Below, piece after piece: positions 16,417-26,440 of a stretch of 64,000 nt of DNA (within the stretch, counting starts at the first letter, position 1; each line of letters opens with the position of its first letter). The position numbers and the translations under genes were made by a program. This stretch comes from an uncultured bacterium (GTDB lineage: Bacteria; Patescibacteriota; Minisyncoccia; Phycocordibacterales; GWA1-40-21): contig CAIJUJ010000021.1 in NCBI GenBank assembly GCA_903823865.1, forward strand, positions 6,732-70,731, given 5' to 3'. Below the pieces are notes generated by a model. That model ran no database searches, was not told the DNA's origin, and worked only from the letters and a program-made list of their open reading frames with translations.

Positions 16417-16690
16417 CAGTAAGAAAACGCCGATAGGGCGTTTTTCTGTGCGCAGGAGAGGACTTGAAAGACGGACTGAGCAAAGGCGAAGGAGCCGGGG
16501 TCGCGCAAATTTTCAGCAGAAAATTATGCGTGACCAAGTCCTCTTGTGAAATAGAAAAAATACGAAGACTATACTGACCATGTAATGACCAAGATTCCTC
16601 TCCCGTGTCGTGTATTTAATTTGGGGTGGGACCAAAATTAAATACTCGTGACCACATTCTATTTTATTTATGTTTTGACATTTAACCAAT
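16417..16690 (+). repeat. tRNA-3'-linked element, family II (Leu-TAG copy)
   Basis: Terminator 16423-16446; 'aggagaggacttgaa' inverted T-arm copy; 'gaaagacggactgagc'; hairpin aatttt-CAGCAG-aaaatt 16508-16525; direct T-arm/3'-end copies 'aagtcctct' and 'cctctcccgtg'. Confidence 0.5.
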
Positions 16691-16752
16691 ATTAATGTAT
16701 TGTCATTTCAGATTAAAAATTCGTACACCCAAAAAACAAGGAGGAACAAACT

Positions 16753-17226
16753 ATGTTAGGAAAAGGAAAGTGTGAAAAATGCGGTGTTATTAAAAAAGTA
16801 TACAGGAACAGAAAAACGGGCAGAATAATTTGCATGAATTGCGGGAAACGCTTAAAATATCACGACCATCTGACACACGAAAGGTGCGTAAGTTGTGGAA
16901 AAATTGCGCATGTACAAGGACGTGATAAAGATGACGAACCTTTGTGCGTAAACTGTTGTACAAAAAAATACCGAAATAATTTGGAAAAGCACCAAAAATG
17001 CTCAATGTGTGGAAAGGTTGCTCCTGTCATAGAGAGAAATGAAAACGGAGAACCTATATGTCAGAGCTGTTATTTAGATAAGTATGTAAAAAATGTTTCA
17101 AAGCATGAAAAATGTGTCATGTGTGGAAACATTTTACCAGTCCATACAAGAGATGAAAATGGGAAACCTCTATGTAATAACTGTGGTTTCCTATTCAAAA
17201 AAAATAAGAAAAAACTCAATGTCTAG
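16753..17226 (+). CDS. cysteine-rich protein with four tandem CxxC-x14-18-CxxC zinc-ribbon repeats
   Basis: Strong SD 'aaggagg' 8 nt upstream; four repeats 'C.KCG...C.NCG'; own terminator. Confidence 0.6.
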   Translation: MLGKGKCEKCGVIKKVYRNRKTGRIICMNCGKRLKYHDHLTHERCVSCGKIAHVQGRDKDDEPLCVNCCTKKYRNNLEKHQKCSMCGKVAPVIERNENGEPICQSCYLDKYVKNVSKHEKCVMCGNILPVHTRDENGKPLCNNCGFLFKKNKKKLNV

Positions 17227-17230
17227 ATTA

Positions 17231-17266
17231 AAAAGCCGTCGCTTGCGACGGCTTTCTTTTTTTTAA
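17231..17266. terminator. bidirectional terminator
   Basis: aaaaagccgtcgc-ttgc-gacggctttcttttttt. Confidence 0.8.
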
Positions 17267-17269
17267 ATT

Positions 17270-19543
17270 TTACACGACTTCACACGTTCCCCCCGCACAA
17301 GCCAACTCCTTTTTCATATCGGAAACATCTGTCTTTTCATAAGTAATGATTTTTGAAAAATCTATATTACCAATTTTCTTTACAAGCTCATTATATCTTG
17401 CTTCATTTATTTCTTCATAAGGGGCTAGCTGATATACATGATCATTTCTTGGTAAAAATGAAAGTCCGCCAATAATATCCCAATTGCTATAAACCCAATT
17501 TGCAACCTCAATCCATTCACTTTCACTAACATAAATAGTAACTGATGGATTGTGCTCTGTATAATTTACTTTTACCATTTTCCAAAATTCAAGTTGGTCA
17601 ATTGCAGAGATATCATTTTTAACTACCGCTCCTTTTGGTGCCCTAACTGGAAATTCAAAAACATAGGTTGTCGCATTTTCTTTTGATTGTCCTACTTCTG
17701 GTTGATAAGGAACCCCTTGGTCGCGAATCATTTTAAATAGTGAATCTGTAGCGGCAATTCTAATTCTTCGAATATAGTATGGTGCATATCTTGGATGCAT
17801 ACCTGATGCGCAATCAACTGTCTGGGAAACTGTTCCAGACGGCTTCACACAAGTGACACAAGTTGAAGGATTTATTTTAAATCTCTTTGCAAAGTTTTCA
17901 TTTGCTTTTATTGCTTCTTTTCTTAATTTTGCCAAAACTTTTTTATCACGAACAACGTGACAATCCCACTGTCCAGTAATAGATACTCCGAGTAATCGCT
18001 CTTTTTCACAATTATCTTTCCATTCTTTTGAAAGATATTGAAAGTTTGTAAGTGTTGCCTGATATGTTCCAAGAAGTGTAGCTAATTTAATTTTCCTTAA
18101 TAAATTAGATTCTGTATCATTTGCTCTTGCAACAACTTCAGAAAGATTACAAAACTGTTTTGATTGTAAAATAATTTCTCCACAAGGATTAGTACCAAGA
18201 TTTCCGATAAAACCTCCAAGTTTTTTCAGCCTTCTTTCTGGTAGTGACGTTGCTAAACTACCTCTATTAAATATCCCCCTTTCTCCTGAGCCTGATTTCA
18301 TAAGTGCAATCCATTCATCAAAAAACTCAGTAGCTGATGGTTTATGCATATACACAGCCGAATTGTTAGCTATACTTCTTTGTGGCTCTGTAAGGTAAAA
18401 TTGGCCCTTTTTTGCATCTCTCATTGCCTCATCATCCAAATCTGACAAAGAAATAAGGGCACTTCTCCTGACTCCACCAGCAACAACACAATCCCCAATT
18501 GCACAGATAATATCATGGGCATCTAGATTGGATAATCGTCTCCCCTGCTTTGCAAATACTTTTGTCCTTACCAAATTCATTAGTCTGATTAATGGATCAG
18601 GTCCTGAAGCTTTACCGCCCATTGTTTTTAATCTTGCGCCCGCTGGTCTGATTTGAGAATAATCAAATTCAACATCATTTCCATCATACCAAGTTTTTAG
18701 TCCAAAAGTTAAAGCGTCTGCCCAACCTTCTTTGCTATCCGCAACAATATGTTTTGCTAATTTTTTTCCAGTTTGAAATTTAATTTGTGGAAGCGACTGA
18801 ACATTTTGACTTTCGACTGAAAAACCAACTCCTGTTCCACACATTGAGATGTACATTATTTCTGCAAAGTCAGTTAACATTGATGGAGCAATAAAAGAAC
18901 AATTGTATGCGCAGACATTTGTTCTATCAACTGCTGACCCAGCAAATTGTAAGAGTCTCATTGACGGCATAACTTCCTGATTTAATATTGCTTCTCTCAA
19001 ATCATTGTATTCAGAATCTTTAATTAGCTTTCCAAGTTTGCCTTTCATAAATGACATATACCTATCTACGGTTTCAATCCATGTTTCTCTTCTGGACTCT
19101 GAATCAATCCACTTAGAATAAGTTCTATAATAAACAAATTCACCAAGTTGATTTTTAAAATATTTTTTACTGTCTGATGTAAGTTTTTTTAATTTTGCTG
19201 GCACTTGTATTCCAACGTTTCGAAGTTTTGCTCTTTCTTGTCTATAAATTATGTATTCTTTCGATGATTTTACATATTCACTAAGTATAAGTTCCCTCTC
19301 AACAATATCCTGAATACCTTCAACATCCGGCATGAAATCCTTAAATTTCTTAGCTATTTTTACAAGTTCAGCCAAAACTTTATTTGCAACAAGCTCTGCT
19401 TCTTCTGGTGACCCCTCTCCACAAACTGACATTGCTTTATTTATTGCTGATGTAATTTTTGACAAATTAAAAGGGACAATTTGTCCGTCTCTTTTTTTAA
19501 TGCTTGTTATAAGATTCGCTCGTCCACTTCCTGTTTTGACCAT
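17270..19543 (-). CDS. ribonucleotide reductase catalytic subunit with N-terminal ATP-cone; likely class II (B12-dependent), no NrdB nearby
   Basis: 757 aa; ATP-cone 'IKKRDGQIVPFNLSKI'; active site 'GTNPCGEI'; C-terminal redox tail 'CAGGTCEVV'. Confidence 0.8.
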   Translation of the reverse strand: MVKTGSGRANLITSIKKRDGQIVPFNLSKITSAINKAMSVCGEGSPEEAELVANKVLAELVKIAKKFKDFMPDVEGIQDIVERELILSEYVKSSKEYIIYRQERAKLRNVGIQVPAKLKKLTSDSKKYFKNQLGEFVYYRTYSKWIDSESRRETWIETVDRYMSFMKGKLGKLIKDSEYNDLREAILNQEVMPSMRLLQFAGSAVDRTNVCAYNCSFIAPSMLTDFAEIMYISMCGTGVGFSVESQNVQSLPQIKFQTGKKLAKHIVADSKEGWADALTFGLKTWYDGNDVEFDYSQIRPAGARLKTMGGKASGPDPLIRLMNLVRTKVFAKQGRRLSNLDAHDIICAIGDCVVAGGVRRSALISLSDLDDEAMRDAKKGQFYLTEPQRSIANNSAVYMHKPSATEFFDEWIALMKSGSGERGIFNRGSLATSLPERRLKKLGGFIGNLGTNPCGEIILQSKQFCNLSEVVARANDTESNLLRKIKLATLLGTYQATLTNFQYLSKEWKDNCEKERLLGVSITGQWDCHVVRDKKVLAKLRKEAIKANENFAKRFKINPSTCVTCVKPSGTVSQTVDCASGMHPRYAPYYIRRIRIAATDSLFKMIRDQGVPYQPEVGQSKENATTYVFEFPVRAPKGAVVKNDISAIDQLEFWKMVKVNYTEHNPSVTIYVSESEWIEVANWVYSNWDIIGGLSFLPRNDHVYQLAPYEEINEARYNELVKKIGNIDFSKIITYEKTDVSDMKKELACAGGTCEVV

Positions 19544-19812
19544 GTTAGTAAAAATTAATGATTAATAAAATTGTAGAATAATTTTACACCTAAAATGAAC
19601 AAAATAGAACAGGAAAACAACTTTTTTACAAAAAATAAACTAAAATTTATGAGCTGTAAAGCAGAGTGTTATTACATGCTTAAAAATATAGATGTTTTGA
19701 CACACAAAAATTTTTTTTAATTAATTACGGTTTTTTGTTTTAAAACAAATTTGAAAAAATTGCCTTTTAAAAGGGATTTTTATGAAAAATATTAGAAAAA
19801 CCATTAAAAAAA

Positions 19813-20331
19813 TTAATTTGAATTAAAAATAATTTTGTCACCAACTTTTATATTATTTTTATCACAAAAACTGGCAGAAACTTCCAAAACATACTTCGCA
19901 AAATATTTTTCTCCGAATGAGTTGGGGTATGTACTTGGCGAAAGAGATTTTTCTATGCCAACAATTTCAAAATTATCATTTATCCACAAAATATCTATCG
20001 GAAAATTCATATCTTTCATCCAAAAACCATGATTACCAGCTTTATCAAAAATAAAAATCATACCAGAGCTCGAAGCAAGACTATCTCTTCCAGAAAGACC
20101 GAGTTCCATATCATTTTTACTTCTGGAAACTTCAGCGTGTATTGTTGAACTTGCAAAAGTTATATCAAGATAACATCCTTTTGTTGGTTTTTCTGTGGAA
20201 GGATCCCCATGTTTAATCCATTCCCCATTTTTACATAACCAAGTATCTTCATTACCAGAAAAAATTCTGACTACAATAAAAATAATGACAACTATAATTA
20301 TTATTCGAAATATATTTTTAAAAATTTTCAT
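19813..20331 (-). CDS. DUF192 family secreted/membrane-anchored protein
   Basis: 'GMIFIFD...FWMKDMNFPIDILWI' matches the DUF192 core; N-terminal TM helix. Confidence 0.6.
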   Translation of the reverse strand: MKIFKNIFRIIIIVVIIFIVVRIFSGNEDTWLCKNGEWIKHGDPSTEKPTKGCYLDITFASSTIHAEVSRSKNDMELGLSGRDSLASSSGMIFIFDKAGNHGFWMKDMNFPIDILWINDNFEIVGIEKSLSPSTYPNSFGEKYFAKYVLEVSASFCDKNNIKVGDKIIFNSN

Positions 20332-20344
20332 AAATATTTAAAAA

Positions 20345-21154
20345 TTAATTACCAAAAGTCATAAAATTTGAACTTTCATATCTTCTAACTGCTCTATTAA
20401 AAATAAAAATGGAAAATATAAACCAAAATATTGTTAAAATAATTAGTAGTAGTAATTTATCCAAAGAAATATTTCTAACTATTTCAACAGGCAAAGTACC
20501 TATTAGAAGTGATGGAATAAAAAATGTAAAAACAAATCTCATCACCCCCTGAAAAGCACCTCCATGAAAAAGTGCTGGAGTAAAAAACAATTCAAATATT
20601 CCACTTGTCACTGTATTTGCATCTGTAAAGAAAAAACTTGTTGAGTAAATTAATATTATCATTGATAAAAAAGTAATCGTTGATATTATAAGCAATAATA
20701 GTACTAAAAATATTTGGGATATACTTGCACTTATAGCAAAAGAATAAATCACCATACATACAATTCCAAAAACAACGTCCCCGATTGCCGAAACACCAAA
20801 AGATGATGTCGCTATTCTTATGAGTAGATTTTTTGGTGAAAGCATAAAACGATCAAGTGCTCCAGACGCGGTATAGTCTGCGATTTTCCTTAGTCCATTC
20901 GCTGTAGAAAGGATAGTTCCATAAGACAGAGCAATAAATCCTTGTAAACCAACGATATCCATAGCAGTCCACCCACCAATCACCCCGACCGATTTAATTA
21001 GAAACATCCATATAATTATAAAAGCTATGTTATTTATAGCCATACCAACAATATTCATTAGAAAACTCGTGCGAAGCTCCGCACTGCTTTGAATATTTTT
21101 TTTTATTGCATATAATGCAAATTTTAGTTCTTTTTTCATAAAATTATCCTCCAT
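20345..21154 (-). CDS. ABC-2 family transporter permease
   Basis: 6-TM hydrophobic protein in an operon with the ABC ATPase. Confidence 0.7.
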   Translation of the reverse strand: MEDNFMKKELKFALYAIKKNIQSSAELRTSFLMNIVGMAINNIAFIIIWMFLIKSVGVIGGWTAMDIVGLQGFIALSYGTILSTANGLRKIADYTASGALDRFMLSPKNLLIRIATSSFGVSAIGDVVFGIVCMVIYSFAISASISQIFLVLLLLIISTITFLSMIILIYSTSFFFTDANTVTSGIFELFFTPALFHGGAFQGVMRFVFTFFIPSLLIGTLPVEIVRNISLDKLLLLIILTIFWFIFSIFIFNRAVRRYESSNFMTFGN

Positions 21155-21944
21155 TTACTGATACTTTTTGTTTTGCCTTTTTAAACATAAAATAAACAAC
21201 TAAGCCGAACAAAATAATCCAAAACAATTGAATGCCGACGAGCTGATACCAATTATTTTGCCAAGATTCATATACAGTGTGTGTTACAAACTGAGCAGCA
21301 CCAAAGGGGCTATATAAAGCAATCTTATACATAAAGGCTGGAAATAAAGCGACTGGAAGATATGATCCACCGAGAATCATAACCGCTTTATCAACAATCC
21401 AAAAAACTGGATTTATATCTTCTATCCAAAAAGACAAGAGACCAACAACTGAATATAAAAGCAGTGAAAGAATTGACGCACAAACAAAAGTTAATATTAA
21501 TGTTGGAATAAAAATACCAATTGTCATAGTTTCTGGAAATCCAATGATGAATCCGAGAGCAATTACAGCCAAGGTTGTTATAACAACGAAAGAATAAAGG
21601 CCAGAACCTATTTGCCACCATATCCTATAAAAAAGATAAGAGATCGGTTTACTAAATAAGACTTCAACATTTCCGGATTGAATATCTTGCATCATTAATC
21701 TTGAAATATCTCTCAAACGCAACACGGAAAATGAGAAGTAGAAAAAAATACTCCATGCAGCAAAAACAAAAGTCGTCCCGCTTATAACTCCGTTATTTAT
21801 TTTAAAAATATACCAATATAAAATTAGAAGTACCCCACATCGTGCAATAACACCAAAAGTATCTATAATAAGTCTGCTTGGATAATGCAAACAATCTTTT
21901 ATAAGTGTTTTGATTATTTTTTTTGCTAATCTAATTCCTTTCAT
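21144..21944 (-). CDS. ABC-2 family transporter permease
   Basis: Second permease, overlapping both neighbours. Confidence 0.7.
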   Translation of the reverse strand: MKGIRLAKKIIKTLIKDCLHYPSRLIIDTFGVIARCGVLLILYWYIFKINNGVISGTTFVFAAWSIFFYFSFSVLRLRDISRLMMQDIQSGNVEVLFSKPISYLFYRIWWQIGSGLYSFVVITTLAVIALGFIIGFPETMTIGIFIPTLILTFVCASILSLLLYSVVGLLSFWIEDINPVFWIVDKAVMILGGSYLPVALFPAFMYKIALYSPFGAAQFVTHTVYESWQNNWYQLVGIQLFWIILFGLVVYFMFKKAKQKVSVNGG

Positions 21945-22917
21945 ATATATTTCTTATAACCGTTTCTAGGTCAACATTATATACATCAATATCTTCAACT
22001 TCAAAAATGTTAAGTAATTTTCGCAAAGACTCTTGGATATTTATTTTTTTAATATTAACAACTACAATAATTTTATCTTTGTCCTTTAATGAATAACGTA
22101 TTCCCTCTGGTAACTCTGGAAAAGAGTTAAAAATGTTTTCTGGAATAAGGTCAATATATTTTTCATTTACAAAAGTTGTTGATAGCTCTTCAGTAGGCAA
22201 ATCTTTAATTACGACTCCATGATTTATAACGATTGTTCTTTCACACAAAAATTCAACATCACCTACGTCATGCGAAGTTAAAAAAATCGTTGTGTTTTCT
22301 TCTCTATTTATCTTTAATAACAAATCGCGGAGAGATTTTTTGGCAACAACATCAAGACCAATCGTAGGTTCATCCAGCAATATTATTTTTGGTTTATGTA
22401 TTAAAGAAGCAGCTACTTCAGCTCTCATGCGTTGGCCAAGTGAAAGTTTACGAACTGGCTGGTCAATAAATGAGCCGAGGTCAAATAATTTTATGAGTTC
22501 AGCAATTCTTTTTTTGATATCACTATCAGACAAATCATACATCACGCCAAAAAATTCAAGTGAGTCAGTCAGTGGAAGATTTGGAAAAAGTTGTGAACGC
22601 TGACCAAACACTGTACCTATTTGATACGCAAGTTTTTTTCTATCTTTTGTTGGATCTAAACCTAAGATATTTATTTTGCCGGAAGTTGGAAAAAGTATAC
22701 CAGTAAGCATTTTAATAGTAGTGGACTTACCTGCCCCGTTTGGACCAATAAATGCTATCCTCTCACCACTTTTAACGGAAAAGGAAATATTATTAACTGC
22801 AACAATTTCTTTTTTTTCTGGAAAAAATAAATTTTTAAGCCATCCAGAAGCTTTATTTTTAACTTGAAAGGTAAATTTCTTTGTAAGGTTAGAAACAATT
22901 ATTGAATCATTATTCAT
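21931..22917 (-). CDS. ABC transporter ATP-binding protein
   Basis: Walker A 'GPNGAGKST', signature 'LSLGQRMR', Walker B 'ILLDEPT'. Confidence 0.9.
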   Translation of the reverse strand: MNNDSIIVSNLTKKFTFQVKNKASGWLKNLFFPEKKEIVAVNNISFSVKSGERIAFIGPNGAGKSTTIKMLTGILFPTSGKINILGLDPTKDRKKLAYQIGTVFGQRSQLFPNLPLTDSLEFFGVMYDLSDSDIKKRIAELIKLFDLGSFIDQPVRKLSLGQRMRAEVAASLIHKPKIILLDEPTIGLDVVAKKSLRDLLLKINREENTTIFLTSHDVGDVEFLCERTIVINHGVVIKDLPTEELSTTFVNEKYIDLIPENIFNSFPELPEGIRYSLKDKDKIIVVVNIKKINIQESLRKLLNIFEVEDIDVYNVDLETVIRNIYERN

Positions 22918-22975
22918 AATAATTTGATTTTATCATGAAATCATTTTTTATAACAATCGACAAAAATATCACGCG

Positions 22976-23062
22976 CGGAGGGTAAGAGATTTGAACTCTT
23001 GATGGAGTTTCCCCCATACCACCTTTCCAGGGTGGCGCACTAGACCGCTATGCGAACCCTCC
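22976..23062 (-). tRNA. tRNA-Ser (GGA)
   Basis: Acceptor GGAGGGT/ACCCTCC, anticodon loop CUGGAAA, long variable arm, G73. Confidence 0.85.
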
Positions 23063-23109
23063 ATAAAAACAATTTCATATTACCTTAATAGAAATGTTTT
23101 TCAACTAAA

Positions 23110-24003
23110 TTAATTAATATTCATTCCAATAAGAGCTTTTACTCTTTCTTCAACTGGAGGATGTGTGCTAAATAAATTTGAGATTTTTCTGCCAGCTCCA
23201 CCAAAAGGATTCGCAATAAAAAGATGCGCAGTGGCATTGTTTGGATTTTTCATTGGAATATTTGCATTTGATATTTTTTGAAGCGCGGAAGCAAGACCCT
23301 CTGGATATCTTGTGAGTAATGCTCCTGATGCATCAGCAAGAAATTCCCTCTTTCTTGAAATCGCCAGCTGTATTAAAGTCGCAACTATCGGAGAAAGAAT
23401 TACAAAAATAATTCCAATAATCATAAATATACTACCGGCTTCATTTTTTTCTCTACTTCTGCCACCTCCAAGCAAACTTCCCCTCATAAATATATTTGCA
23501 AGGATTGAAATGAAACCAACAAGAACAACGACTACTGTGGAAAGCAAAATATCTCTATTTCCTATGTGAGAAAGTTCATGTGCGATTACACCTTCAAGTT
23601 CAGTTTTGACTAAAATTCTTAATAATCCAGTCGTCACAGCAACAACGGCGTGCTCTTTATTTCTTCCGGTTGCAAAAGCGTTTGGTGATGCATCATTGAT
23701 AATATAAACTTTTGGCGTTGGGAGACCGGCGGTAATAGAAAGATTTTCAACTATGTGATACAAATCGATGTAGTCATCACGATTGGCTTCTACAGCTTTC
23801 GACATGGACAAAACTATTTTATCGGAGTACCAATAACTCATTATATTCATGACAATACTAAATATCACAGCAAAATATAAAATTCCCGGGCTATTAAAGT
23901 AGTATGAAATAAAATATCCCAAAGCTATGACCACAACAAAAAACACGGCCATCAAAAACCAGGTTTTTGTCACGTTTTTAGATTGTTGAGTATAGAGTGT
24001 CAT
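23110..24003 (-). CDS. htpX: zinc metalloprotease HtpX (M48)
   Basis: 'HELSHIGNRD' HExxH in a 4-TM protein. Confidence 0.9.
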   Translation of the reverse strand: MTLYTQQSKNVTKTWFLMAVFFVVVIALGYFISYYFNSPGILYFAVIFSIVMNIMSYWYSDKIVLSMSKAVEANRDDYIDLYHIVENLSITAGLPTPKVYIINDASPNAFATGRNKEHAVVAVTTGLLRILVKTELEGVIAHELSHIGNRDILLSTVVVVLVGFISILANIFMRGSLLGGGRSREKNEAGSIFMIIGIIFVILSPIVATLIQLAISRKREFLADASGALLTRYPEGLASALQKISNANIPMKNPNNATAHLFIANPFGGAGRKISNLFSTHPPVEERVKALIGMNIN

Positions 24004-24015
24004 ATAAATTATTAT

Positions 24016-25689
24016 TTACCAACTACCTCCTCCGCCACCTCCACCGCCACCTCCTGCAAAACCTCCTCCTTTTGAGCCAGATGCAGCCGCAGTATTTGTA
24101 AATGATGAAAAATTATTAATACTATTTGCAAAAATAATTGCACTAAACATTGTCATTCTACGGTCAGAGTACCATTTTGGTTGCTGTGTGTATATTCCAT
24201 CAAATTCTTTTGCCCACGCTTTTTCTACTCCAAAAATCATTGCGTACGGTAATAGTTTCTCAAAAATTTCTGGTTTTTTATCTGGAGCATTGTTAAAATT
24301 TATTCTATCTTTTTCAGCAATATTTAAATATTCTTTTAGTCCTAGCAAATATTCTTTTGTTCTTAAGCCTTTTTCTGTCCTCGCAGGCATAAGAAATGAA
24401 AAGATTAATGCTATTACAGATGAAACAAACATACAAATTTTAAAAATCGGAAAAGTTAAAACCGAACTAGAGTCTGTAACTTTAAACCCAATAAACAAAT
24501 AAACAATGAAGAAAGCATAGCACATCATTACCAACTTATTATTATTTTTTAAATATTCGTTACTAACAAGCCTCTTAAAACAATTTTGAACAATATTTTT
24601 TATATTTTGATAAAATTTATTTTTTAATGACGACATTTTTAATTCTGTCGCATTTTCTGAATAAGAGTATAAAGAGTCCATAAGTAATTGGTCCGTCTCA
24701 TTTGTTGGGACTGAATTAGAAACTTTAGTTAATATATAATCGTCAGATTCAAGAAACAAACCTTTTGTTTCAGTTTTTTCTATTTTTAAATAACCATTTA
24801 TTGCCAAATATATTATTTCTGCTGAAATCGCTGTTCCATCACTAACACCTCCGATTATTTGTGCCGCCTCTATCGGAGTAAGATTATCGGGTACATCATA
24901 TTCCGCAATAATTGTACGATTTGATTTTGGATCTTTTCCATATTTTTTCCACTTTTTGAATAAAAACACAAAAGTTATAATCGGCACCAAAATTGGTAGG
25001 CATGCAAAAATTATAAAAATAAAATCCATGGAATGGTCTGGAAGTTGAACTATACCTTTAGTAAACCCGACAGCAATAGTCATACCATACCCCGGCTTTA
25101 ATTCGCTGTTGTAAAAAAAATTAGTATCTATGTTGTTTATGCATGATAATTTAGAATTTAATGGACCACAATAACTGGAGGTTTGGACTACACCTGCTCC
25201 ATTTGGCAAATGTATATATGCTTCAGTCTTTTCAATTGGAAATTGCCACTCATTTCCAGTAACATTCCAGTAAATCTCATCATATTTATCAAAATAACCT
25301 AGAGCGTTAGTAATTTTATATCTAATTACGTAGTCTCTATCTCCTACAAAAGTCGAGTTGGGATCACCAATTTTCAAGGAAACTGTATCAATTTGTTTTG
25401 TTTCAGTATATGGATAATTATTACCATTTATATCTGATATGGATATATCTGATATATGTAAAAATTGATTATCGTATGATTTAAGCCTAATGTTCCTAAA
25501 TATTCCGTGTTTTTCCAAACCACCAGAATTATATTTTATTGTTTCAACTACATTAATACTAGAGTCAGTGTTAATAGTAATATCAGAAATGAAAGAATTA
25601 ATTTTTTCGGAAGTTTGTGCAAGTACAGGCAAAAAGCTTAAACAAAATCCTAATACAACAAAAAATAAAACAAATATTTTTTTATTCAT
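24016..25689 (-). CDS. DUF2207 membrane protein (LemA partner), Gly-rich C-terminus
   Basis: Signal peptide, large ectodomain, multiple TM helices, 'GGGGGGGGGGSW' tail; immediately downstream of lemA. Confidence 0.6.
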   Translation of the reverse strand: MNKKIFVLFFVVLGFCLSFLPVLAQTSEKINSFISDITINTDSSINVVETIKYNSGGLEKHGIFRNIRLKSYDNQFLHISDISISDINGNNYPYTETKQIDTVSLKIGDPNSTFVGDRDYVIRYKITNALGYFDKYDEIYWNVTGNEWQFPIEKTEAYIHLPNGAGVVQTSSYCGPLNSKLSCINNIDTNFFYNSELKPGYGMTIAVGFTKGIVQLPDHSMDFIFIIFACLPILVPIITFVFLFKKWKKYGKDPKSNRTIIAEYDVPDNLTPIEAAQIIGGVSDGTAISAEIIYLAINGYLKIEKTETKGLFLESDDYILTKVSNSVPTNETDQLLMDSLYSYSENATELKMSSLKNKFYQNIKNIVQNCFKRLVSNEYLKNNNKLVMMCYAFFIVYLFIGFKVTDSSSVLTFPIFKICMFVSSVIALIFSFLMPARTEKGLRTKEYLLGLKEYLNIAEKDRINFNNAPDKKPEIFEKLLPYAMIFGVEKAWAKEFDGIYTQQPKWYSDRRMTMFSAIIFANSINNFSSFTNTAAASGSKGGGFAGGGGGGGGGGSW

Positions 25690-25720
25690 AATAAATATTT
25701 TACCACAAATTGATTAAACA

Positions 25721-25750
25721 AAAAAATCCGACTTTTAAGTCGGATTTTTG
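25721..25750. terminator. intergenic hairpin/attenuator between lemA and DUF2207
   Basis: atccgactt-ttaa-agtcggat with flanking A-run and T-run. Confidence 0.45.
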
Positions 25751-26305
25751 TTAAAATTTTACTTCAACCGGCTGTTTTGCTGCAGCTTCACCCTCATCCA
25801 GAGTGAAAAGTTCCATTTTTACAAAGTGAAAAATGTTTGAAATTATGTTGCTTGGAAATGAATCAACTGCAATATTCAAATCTCTAACATTTCCGTTATA
25901 AAATCTTCTTGCTGCTTGTATTTTATTTTCGGTATCTGAAAGTTCTGATTGGAGAGAAAGAAAATTTTGGTTTGCTTTCAAATCTGGATAAGCCTCCGCA
26001 ACAGCAAAAACAGTTTTTAAAGCGCTTGCTAACATATTTTCTGTTTTTCCTTTATCAACTATATTTTGTGCGCCCATCGCTTGGGCTCTTGCTTTTGTAA
26101 CATTCTCAAAAGCATCACTTTCATGAGTCGCGTAACCTTTAACAGTATTTACAAGATTTGGAATAAGATCATATCTTCTTTTTAATTGGACGTCGATATC
26201 TGACCATGCTTCTTTTGCTCTATTTATAAGAGTCACAAACTTGTTGTAGCTAAATACTCCCCACAAAACAACTACTATCAAAATAATTAACAATATTGTT
26301 CCCAT
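25751..26305 (-). CDS. lemA: LemA family protein
   Basis: N-terminal TM helix; 'WSDIDVQLKRRYDLIPNLV' LemA core. Confidence 0.85.
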   Translation of the reverse strand: MGTILLIILIVVVLWGVFSYNKFVTLINRAKEAWSDIDVQLKRRYDLIPNLVNTVKGYATHESDAFENVTKARAQAMGAQNIVDKGKTENMLASALKTVFAVAEAYPDLKANQNFLSLQSELSDTENKIQAARRFYNGNVRDLNIAVDSFPSNIISNIFHFVKMELFTLDEGEAAAKQPVEVKF

Positions 26306-26440
26306 TTTTTTAATTTTTATAACTAATAATTAAAAACGTTATTTTTTGTTTCGAAAAACAAAGAAAAGCTTTCAACATAATATGAAAAAGCTTCCTGTAT
26401 ATTATATCACAAAAAACTATCATAAAAAAGCAAAAACCTT

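Noticed and set aside
16274-16537. ORF 16274-16537 (-)
   Set aside because: Antisense to tRNA-Leu(TAG) and the repeat element.
19544-19812. Cobalamin riboswitch upstream of the RNR
   Set aside because: No B12-box (GCCACTG) or conserved riboswitch helices; the region is plain AT-rich promoter sequence.
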